From positions 263,893 through 327,892 of the forward strand of contig JBIJDH010000002.1 in NCBI GenBank assembly GCA_044344255.1: 64,000 nt of DNA, in the 5' to 3' direction. Origin of the DNA: Myxococcota bacterium. Its GTDB lineage: Bacteria > Myxococcota_A > UBA796 > UBA2385. Shown in pieces: positions 58,078 to 64,000 of this stretch. The translations under genes and the position numbers were made by a program. Position 1 is the stretch's first letter, and every line of letters begins with the position of its first letter. A model generated the notes under the pieces. The model was not told the DNA's origin. It saw nothing but the letters and a program-made list of their open reading frames with translations, and did no database searches.

Positions 58078-58584
58078 TCAATCGCCGCGGCGGTCGCCCG
58101 TGCCCGGCGCCGGCTTCGGAGCTGCGGGGGGGTGGTTCTTTCGTCCGCCGCGACCGGTGACGCCGGCGATACGATCGAGGATGCCATTGACGAAGGACTT
58201 GCTCTCCTTGTCGCCGAAGCGCTTGGCGAGCTCGACGGCCTCGTTGATGCTGACGCTGGCTGGCACTTCGGGGCAGGTGAGCAGCTCGTAAGCGGCGAGT
58301 CGCAGGATGTTTCGATCGACCACCGGCATGCGGACGAGGCGCCAGTTTTGGCTGGCACCCTCGATGAGGGGATCGACCTCGGCCCGCCGCTTCTCGACGC
58401 CGAGCACCAGCGACTCGGCGAATTCAATCTCATCGGGCTCGGCCGGGCGCGGCGCCTCGACCACCCCCTCCAGATCGAGCTGGCCGGCCCAGAGGGCGCG
58501 CAGGGCCTCCCGACCGGTGGTGCCGGCGAGGTCTACCTGAAAGAGGGCTTGGAGGGCGAATTCGCGAGCGCGGCGACGGGCCAT
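58078..58584 (-). CDS. nusB: transcription antitermination factor NusB
   Basis: MARRRAREFALQALFQVDL.. is the canonical NusB N-terminus. Located downstream of ribH as in many bacteria. Confidence 0.92.
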   Translation of the reverse strand: MARRRAREFALQALFQVDLAGTTGREALRALWAGQLDLEGVVEAPRPAEPDEIEFAESLVLGVEKRRAEVDPLIEGASQNWRLVRMPVVDRNILRLAAYELLTCPEVPASVSINEAVELAKRFGDKESKSFVNGILDRIAGVTGRGGRKNHPPAAPKPAPGTGDRRGD

Positions 58585-58585
58585 T

Positions 58586-59062
58586 TCAGCGGCCGCCCAG
58601 GTTCTGGAGGAGGCCGACCATCTCGAGGGCGGCGAGCGCGGCCTCTACGCCCTTGTTTCCCATCTTGGTGCCGGCCCGCTCGATGGCCTGCTCGATGCTC
58701 TCGGTGGTGAGCACGCCGAAGGTGACGGGGACGCCGGTGTCGAGCATCACGGAGGCGAGGCCCTTCGTGACCTCCCCGGCCACATAGTCGAAGTGGGGGG
58801 TGCCTCCGCGGATCACACAGCCGAGGCCGATGATGGCGTCGAACTGGCCCGACTTGGCGAGGCGGCTGACGATGAGGGGCATCTCGTAGGCGCCCGGCAC
58901 CCAGACCACCGTGGCGCGAGCCTCGATGTCGACGCCGTGGCGGCGCAGGCAGTCGAGGGCGCCGTCCAAGAGGCGGCTGGTGATCAGATCGTTGAAGCGG
59001 GAGACGACGAGGGCAAAGCGGCCGCCGGTATCGGTCAGGCCAGCTTCGATGACACGAGGCAT
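58586..59062 (-). CDS. ribH: 6,7-dimethyl-8-ribityllumazine synthase
   Basis: 158 aa. ..[38 protein letters not shown].. lumazine synthase signature. Confidence 0.95.
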   Translation of the reverse strand: MPRVIEAGLTDTGGRFALVVSRFNDLITSRLLDGALDCLRRHGVDIEARATVVWVPGAYEMPLIVSRLAKSGQFDAIIGLGCVIRGGTPHFDYVAGEVTKGLASVMLDTGVPVTFGVLTTESIEQAIERAGTKMGNKGVEAALAALEMVGLLQNLGGR

Positions 59063-59100
59063 GAGGGCTCGCTGGGCTCAGAAGGGGAGGGGGCCCCGCG

Positions 59101-60348
59101 CTAAGAGGCGGAGGGCTCGGAGGGGACGGAGACCGCGGTCTCCGGGAGGATGTGGCCGAGGGAGACGCGCCGCTCGCGGAGGAAGGCCGCGTTCTGGGCG
59201 GAGGCCGGGACCGTGAGCGGCACCCGCTCGGAGACCTCGAGGCCGTAGCCCTCGAGCCCGACGATCTTCCGGGGGTTGTTGGTCATCAGACGCAGCCTGC
59301 GGACGCCGAGGTCGACCAGCATCTGCGCGCCCATACCCATCTCGCGGAGCTCTCCGCCGCCGGCGTCTCCGGCCTTGGCGTCGGTCACCCCGAGGTGCGA
59401 GCGGACGCGGGCGATGAGGGCCTCGCCCTGAGCCACCGCGCCGACGTGCATGTAGAGGAGGACGCCCCCCTCGTCTCGGATGCGCTCGAGCGCGACGTCG
59501 AGCTGCGCCCCGCAGTCACAGGTGAGCGAGCCGAAGACATCACCCGTCGGACAGAAGGCCTGGACACGCGTGAGCACGGGCTCGTCGGCCTGGAGCGGGC
59601 CCCGCCAGAGCGCGAGATGGAGGCTCCCGTCGGTGGCGGTGCGGTACAGCCGCGCCTCGAGGCCGTCGAGGCTGCGGGTGCGGAGAGGGGCGTCAACTAC
59701 CCGCTCGACGAGCACCTCGTGGCGCATCCGATAGCGGATGATGTCGGCGACCGTGACGACCCGGATCTGGTGCTTCTCGCCGAAGCGGAGCAGATCGGGG
59801 AGGCGGGACATGGTCCCGTCGTCGTTCATGACCTCGCAGATCACGCCGGAGGGGTTGAGCCCGGCGAGGCGGGCGAGATCCACCGAGCCTTCGGTCTGCC
59901 CCGTGCGTACGAGCACGCCGCCATCCCGCGCCCGCAGGGGGAAGACGTGGCCCGGGGTGACGAGGTCTTGCGGGCCCTTGGCGGGGTCGATCGCCACGCG
60001 GATGGTGTGGGCGCGATCCGCGGCGCTGATGCCGGTGCTCACGCCCTCTCGCGCCTCGATGGAGACGGTGAAGGCGGTGCCGTAGGGGCTCTGGTTGTTG
60101 GTGGCCATCATCGGGAGCTGAAGGTGGCGCACCCGGTCGCCGAGCATCGAGAGGCAGATCAGGCCGCGGCCGTGAGTGGCCATGAAGTTGATGGCCTCTG
60201 GCGTGACCGCCTCGGCGGCCATCGTGAGATCGCCCTCATTCTCGCGGTCTTCGTCATCAACGAGGATGACCATTCGGCCGGCGCGGATGTCTTCGATCGC
60301 GTACTCGACCCGCTTGATGGGGTCCGTGTCCAACACCACGAAGCTCAT
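59101..60348 (-). CDS. ribBA: bifunctional 3,4-dihydroxy-2-butanone-4-phosphate synthase / GTP cyclohydrolase II
   Basis: DHBP synthase N-terminus (..RENEGDL..) and GTP cyclohydrolase II zinc motif (CDCGAQ). Start at Met 15 of the track ORF. Confidence 0.95.
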   Translation of the reverse strand: MSFVVLDTDPIKRVEYAIEDIRAGRMVILVDDEDRENEGDLTMAAEAVTPEAINFMATHGRGLICLSMLGDRVRHLQLPMMATNNQSPYGTAFTVSIEAREGVSTGISAADRAHTIRVAIDPAKGPQDLVTPGHVFPLRARDGGVLVRTGQTEGSVDLARLAGLNPSGVICEVMNDDGTMSRLPDLLRFGEKHQIRVVTVADIIRYRMRHEVLVERVVDAPLRTRSLDGLEARLYRTATDGSLHLALWRGPLQADEPVLTRVQAFCPTGDVFGSLTCDCGAQLDVALERIRDEGGVLLYMHVGAVAQGEALIARVRSHLGVTDAKAGDAGGGELREMGMGAQMLVDLGVRRLRLMTNNPRKIVGLEGYGLEVSERVPLTVPASAQNAAFLRERRVSLGHILPETAVSVPSEPSAS

Positions 60349-60386
60349 GATCTTGTCTCTCCTGTGCTGGATCCAGCTGCACCCGA

Positions 60387-61118
60387 TCAACCGCCGCCCG
60401 ACCTGGATGGCGCGCGGCCGTATCCGAGGTCACGCAGGCGCGCCTCCGTCAGCGAGGCGCTCGGGTGCGCGCTGGGGCTGCTGTCGTCGCCGCCCCCCAT
60501 CAGGCGCTCCACGTAACGAGCGAGGGTGTCGACCTCCAGGTTCACCGAATCCCCAGCGCGGCGCTCGCCCAGGGTGGTGTGGCCGGCTGTGAAGGGGATG
60601 ATGTTGATCCGGAAGCTCGTGCCGCGGACCTCGTTGACCGTCAGGCTCACCCCGTCCACGGTGATCGAGCCCTTGCGGGCGATGTACCGGCACAGCGCCG
60701 CGCCCGCGTCGATCTCGATGATCACGCTCTCGCTCGCAGGGGTGATCCGCTCCACGCGGCCGAGACCATCGACGTGACCGCTGACGAGGTGCCCGTCGAG
60801 GCGGTCTCCCATGCGGAGCGCCCGCTCGAGGTGCACCTTCGCGCCGATCGACAGCGTACCGAGGGTGGTCAAGGAGAGGGTCTCGGCGCCGGCGACCACG
60901 GTGAAGGTGGAGGGCGGAGAGAGGGCCTCGACGGTGAGGCAGGCCCCCATCACCGCGATGGAGTCGCCGAGGCCGATCCGCTCGCGATCGGCGGTGCCGA
61001 TGCCCGCCGCCCCGGCCGGCGCGACCGAGAGCCGGGTGCGAATGTCGATGGCTCGCCCCGATCCGCGGGGTCTTACGCCGACGATGTGGCCGATGTCCTC
61101 GATGATCCCGCTGAACAT
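60387..61118 (-). CDS. ribE: riboflavin synthase
   Basis: [10 protein letters not shown].. start and internal duplicated lumazine-binding repeats (..GDSIAVNGVCLTV.. type). Confidence 0.92.
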   Translation of the reverse strand: MFSGIIEDIGHIVGVRPRGSGRAIDIRTRLSVAPAGAAGIGTADRERIGLGDSIAVMGACLTVEALSPPSTFTVVAGAETLSLTTLGTLSIGAKVHLERALRMGDRLDGHLVSGHVDGLGRVERITPASESVIIEIDAGAALCRYIARKGSITVDGVSLTVNEVRGTSFRINIIPFTAGHTTLGERRAGDSVNLEVDTLARYVERLMGGGDDSSPSAHPSASLTEARLRDLGYGRAPSRSGGG

Positions 61119-62222
61119 TCAGGGCTCCAGGACGAGCTCGAGGTCATCGCCCCGCCGATGCAGGTCGATGAAGCGGAGGCGCGGCGCCTCGGCGAGGGCG
61201 AAGGGCGGGCCGCCGAGCCAGCCGGGGCCGCCCACGAGCAGCTTCGGAGAGAGGAAGAGGTGCACCCGATCGACGAGGCCGGCGGAGAGGAAGCTGCGGT
61301 GCACCGCGCCGCCGCCCTCGACGAGGAGGTTGTGGACGCCGCGCGCGAGCAGGCCGCGCATCAGCTCGTCGAGGTCGAGGCCGCCGGGACCGGCGCGCAC
61401 GCGCAGCAGATCGGCGGGCAGCGCGGGGTCGATGGCGCCTTCCCCACAGACGATGAGGGGGCGGCGGCCCGCGCCGAACACCCGAGCGGAGGGGGGCACG
61501 CGGAGGTCGCGGTCGAGCAGGACGGGCAACGCGTCTCGGCCGCCGGAGATGCGGGTGTTGAGCGAAGGATCATCGGCGAGCAGGGTGCCCGTGCCCACAA
61601 GGACGGCGTCGTTCTGGTCGCGGAGGCGATGGCCCGCCTCGCGCGCCTCGGGGCCGGTGATCCAGCGGCTCTCGCCGGCGGCGGAGGCGATACGACCATC
61701 GAGGGTGGCGGCGGCCTTGAGGGTCACGAAGGGGCGGTGCAGCTCCTTGGCTCGGAGGTAGGCCACGTTGAGGGCCCGGCAGTCCGCGCCGCCCAGGCCC
61801 ACCTCGACCTCTATGCCGGCCTCGCGCAGGATCTCGATGCCCCGGCCGCGCATCCGCTCATCGGGATCGACCATGCCCACCACCACCCGCTGGACGCCGC
61901 TGCGCAGGAGCGCGTCCGTACAAGGGGGGGTGCGTCCGTGGTGGCAGCAGGGCTCGAGGTTCACGTACATCGTGGCCCCGGGCGCCCGCCCGCCGACGGC
62001 GCGGAGCGCGTCGACCTCGGCGTGGGCAGCGCCGGGCGCGCGGTGCCAGCCTTCGGCGATCACCCGCCCAGACTGGACGATCACCGCGCCCACCATCGGA
62101 TTCGGGGCGGTCCGGCCGCGCGCCCGGGCGGCCAGCGCCAGGGCCTGAGCCATGTAGCGGGCCGTATCGGGCTCGCGCGGAGCGGCCTGGGGCGCCGGAT
62201 CAGAGGTGAGGGGGCCGCTCAT
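61119..62222 (-). CDS. ribD: bifunctional diaminohydroxyphosphoribosylaminopyrimidine deaminase / 5-amino-6-(5-phosphoribosylamino)uracil reductase
   Basis: CMP/dCMP deaminase zinc motifs (HAEVDAL, PCCHHGRTPPC) and a reductase domain. Start at Met 13, overlapping the nrdR stop (ATGA). Confidence 0.92.
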   Translation of the reverse strand: MSGPLTSDPAPQAAPREPDTARYMAQALALAARARGRTAPNPMVGAVIVQSGRVIAEGWHRAPGAAHAEVDALRAVGGRAPGATMYVNLEPCCHHGRTPPCTDALLRSGVQRVVVGMVDPDERMRGRGIEILREAGIEVEVGLGGADCRALNVAYLRAKELHRPFVTLKAAATLDGRIASAAGESRWITGPEAREAGHRLRDQNDAVLVGTGTLLADDPSLNTRISGGRDALPVLLDRDLRVPPSARVFGAGRRPLIVCGEGAIDPALPADLLRVRAGPGGLDLDELMRGLLARGVHNLLVEGGGAVHRSFLSAGLVDRVHLFLSPKLLVGGPGWLGGPPFALAEAPRLRFIDLHRRGDDLELVLEP

Positions 62223-62689
62223 CCGCGCTGCGGCCCAGGAGCCGCCTCCGCGAGCCAAGGCTGGAGCAAGGTCAGGAACTCGTCGGGTGAGCCCACCTCC
62301 TGATAGACGCTGGCGAAGCGCAGCCAGGCGACACGGTCCAGGAGCTGCAGCTCGCGGAGCACGAGGCGGCCAATCTCTGCAGCGTGGACCTCGGGCTGGG
62401 TGCCGGCCAGCAGCGCCTGCTCGACCCGATCGGCCGCGACCTCAATCTGGTCGGCCGAGACAGGGCGCTTCCGGCAGGCGAGCTGGAGGCCGCCGAGGAC
62501 CTTGTCCCGGTTGAAGGGCTCGCGCGAGCTGTCCTTCTTGACGATCAGCAGGGGCCGCTGCTCGACGCGCTCATGGGTGGTGAAGCGGAAGGAGCAGACG
62601 AGGCACTGGCGCCGCCGCCGGATGCCATCTCCCGACTGTCGGGTGTCGAGCACCCGCGTCTCCGGGTGATGGCATTGGGGACAATTCAC
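62219..62689 (-). CDS. nrdR: transcriptional repressor NrdR
   Basis: [22 protein letters not shown] zinc ribbon plus ATP-cone. 156 aa. Confidence 0.95.
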   Translation of the reverse strand: MNCPQCHHPETRVLDTRQSGDGIRRRRQCLVCSFRFTTHERVEQRPLLIVKKDSSREPFNRDKVLGGLQLACRKRPVSADQIEVAADRVEQALLAGTQPEVHAAEIGRLVLRELQLLDRVAWLRFASVYQEVGSPDEFLTLLQPWLAEAAPGPQRG

Positions 62690-64000
62690 GCCGAGGGCCC
62701 TGCGAGCTCGGCGCCGTGGCTGGGGAGGCTGGCCTCGCCGAGCTCGGGATAGAGCGGGAAGCGGCGGCAGAGCTCGGTCACCGACACCCGAACCCGAGCC
62801 TGGATCGCCTTGTCCGCCGGGGCGCGGAGGATGTCGGCCATCCAGTCGGCGATCTGAGCGGCCTCGGCCGTGCCCATCCCGCGCGTGGTCATCGCCGGGG
62901 TGCCGACCCGCACGCCGGAGGTGACCATCGGCGGCCGCTTCTCTCCGGGGACAGTGTTCTTGTTGACGGTGATGCCCACCGCGCCGAGGGCCTGCTCGCC
63001 CTCCTTGCCGCTCACCGGCTCGTTGGAGAGATCGATGAGCATGAGGTGGTTGTCGGTGCCGCCGCTCACGAGCGACAGGCCGCGCGCCATCAGCCGGTCG
63101 GCCATCGCGCGGGCGTTGTCGATCACCGCCTGCTGGTAGACCCGGAAGGACGGCTGCAGCGCCTCCTTGAACGCGACCGCCTTGGCGGCGATCACGTGCA
63201 TCAGCGGGCCACCCTGGGTCCCGGGGAAGACCGCGGAGTTGATGCTCTTCATCCGGTCGCGCTCGGCGAGGATCATGCCGCCGCGAGGGCCGCGCAGCGT
63301 CTTGTGCGTCGTCGTGGTGACGATGTGGCAGTGCGGGAAGGGGTTCGGGTGCAGGCCGGCGACCACGAGGCCGGCGATGTGAGCGATGTCGGCCATCAGC
63401 ACGGCGCCGACCTCGTCGGCGATCGCGCGGAAGGCTGCGAAGTCGATCAGGCGGGGGTAGGCGCTGGCGCCACAGACGATGAGCTTCGGTCGCTCGCGCA
63501 GGGTGAGCGCGCGCACCTCGTCCATGTCGATGCGGCCGTCGGCCTTCACGTGGTAGTGAACCGGCCGGTAGAGCAGGCCTGAGCTGTTGACCGGAGAGCC
63601 GTGGGTGAGGTGGCCGCCGTTGGAGAGGTCCAAGCCGAGGAAGGTGTCGCCCGGCTTCAGAACCGAGAGAAAAGCGGCGGAATTCGCCTGGGCACCCGCG
63701 TGCGGCTGGACGTTGACCCCGATGTCGAAGCCCGGGACGTCGAAGAGCTGGCGGGCGCGGTCCCGGGCGAGCCGCTCGACGACGTCCACGTGCTCGCAGC
63801 CGCCGTAGTAGCGGGCGCCGGGGAGCCCCTCGGCGTACTTGTTGGTGAGCGGAGATCCGAGGGCCTCGATCACGGCCAATGAGGCGTGGTTCTCGGAGGC
63901 GATGAGCTCGAGGTCGAGCTGTTGGCGCCCGATCTCGGCCATCATCGCGGCGAGGACTTCGGGATCGGCGGCGGAGAGGTGGGGGTAGAGGTGAGGGGAC
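62686..64000 (-). CDS. glyA: serine hydroxymethyltransferase, partial (5' end beyond window)
   Basis: ..[34 protein letters not shown] (PLP-Lys motif). Frame stays open to position 64000 (..[17 protein letters not shown]), so the true start lies past the window end. Confidence 0.93.
   Translation of the reverse strand, partial: SPHLYPHLSAADPEVLAAMMAEIGRQQLDLELIASENHASLAVIEALGSPLTNKYAEGLPGARYYGGCEHVDVVERLARDRARQLFDVPGFDIGVNVQPHAGAQANSAAFLSVLKPGDTFLGLDLSNGGHLTHGSPVNSSGLLYRPVHYHVKADGRIDMDEVRALTLRERPKLIVCGASAYPRLIDFAAFRAIADEVGAVLMADIAHIAGLVVAGLHPNPFPHCHIVTTTTHKTLRGPRGGMILAERDRMKSINSAVFPGTQGGPLMHVIAAKAVAFKEALQPSFRVYQQAVIDNARAMADRLMARGLSLVSGGTDNHLMLIDLSNEPVSGKEGEQALGAVGITVNKNTVPGEKRPPMVTSGVRVGTPAMTTRGMGTAEAAQIADWMADILRAPADKAIQARVRVSVTELCRRFPLYPELGEASLPSHGAELAGPSA

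Overview
Very GC-rich window (third codon positions almost always G/C), gene-dense, with no rRNA, tRNA or CRISPR detected. A MYXO-CTERM-type C-terminal sorting signal (13618..15009), two giant Ser/Thr-kinase/NTPase/TPR proteins and many lipoproteins point to a Myxococcota chromosome (inference). About 55 protein-coding genes are called. Many long ATG-to-stop ORFs in the track are antisense artefacts of the high GC and were replaced by the real opposite-strand genes, with start codons re-derived from amino-acid offsets. The 3' end carries the conserved housekeeping block glyA(partial)-nrdR-ribD-ribE-ribBA-ribH-nusB. Other recognisable housekeeping genes are selB, rocD-like ornithine aminotransferase, ttcA, xth and rarA. 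Metabolic genes include a GMC oxidoreductase with its Tat-signal subunit 3, an enoyl-CoA hydratase, a TesB-like thioesterase, an aconitase-family protein and a GHMP kinase. Transport genes are two MFS transporters, two ABC ATPases and a TonB-dependent receptor. The most unusual locus is 43433..48342: a small helical leader-like peptide gene sits directly upstream of a prenyltransferase/squalene-cyclase-repeat protein and a membrane adenylate cyclase, and diverges from a PqqD-like RRE fused to a site-2 (M50) metalloprotease, with a Ser/Thr-kinase/NTPase/TPR regulator next to it. This is a candidate uncharacterised peptide-modification (RiPP-like) cassette. Other notable loci are a DUF4339/GYF-like domain pair flanking selB, a histidine-phosphatase/AAA fusion, an xth-COG0523 (His-Asp repeat)-aconitase operon, a secreted nuclease operon, and several tandem nucleotide repeats at gene starts and ends.
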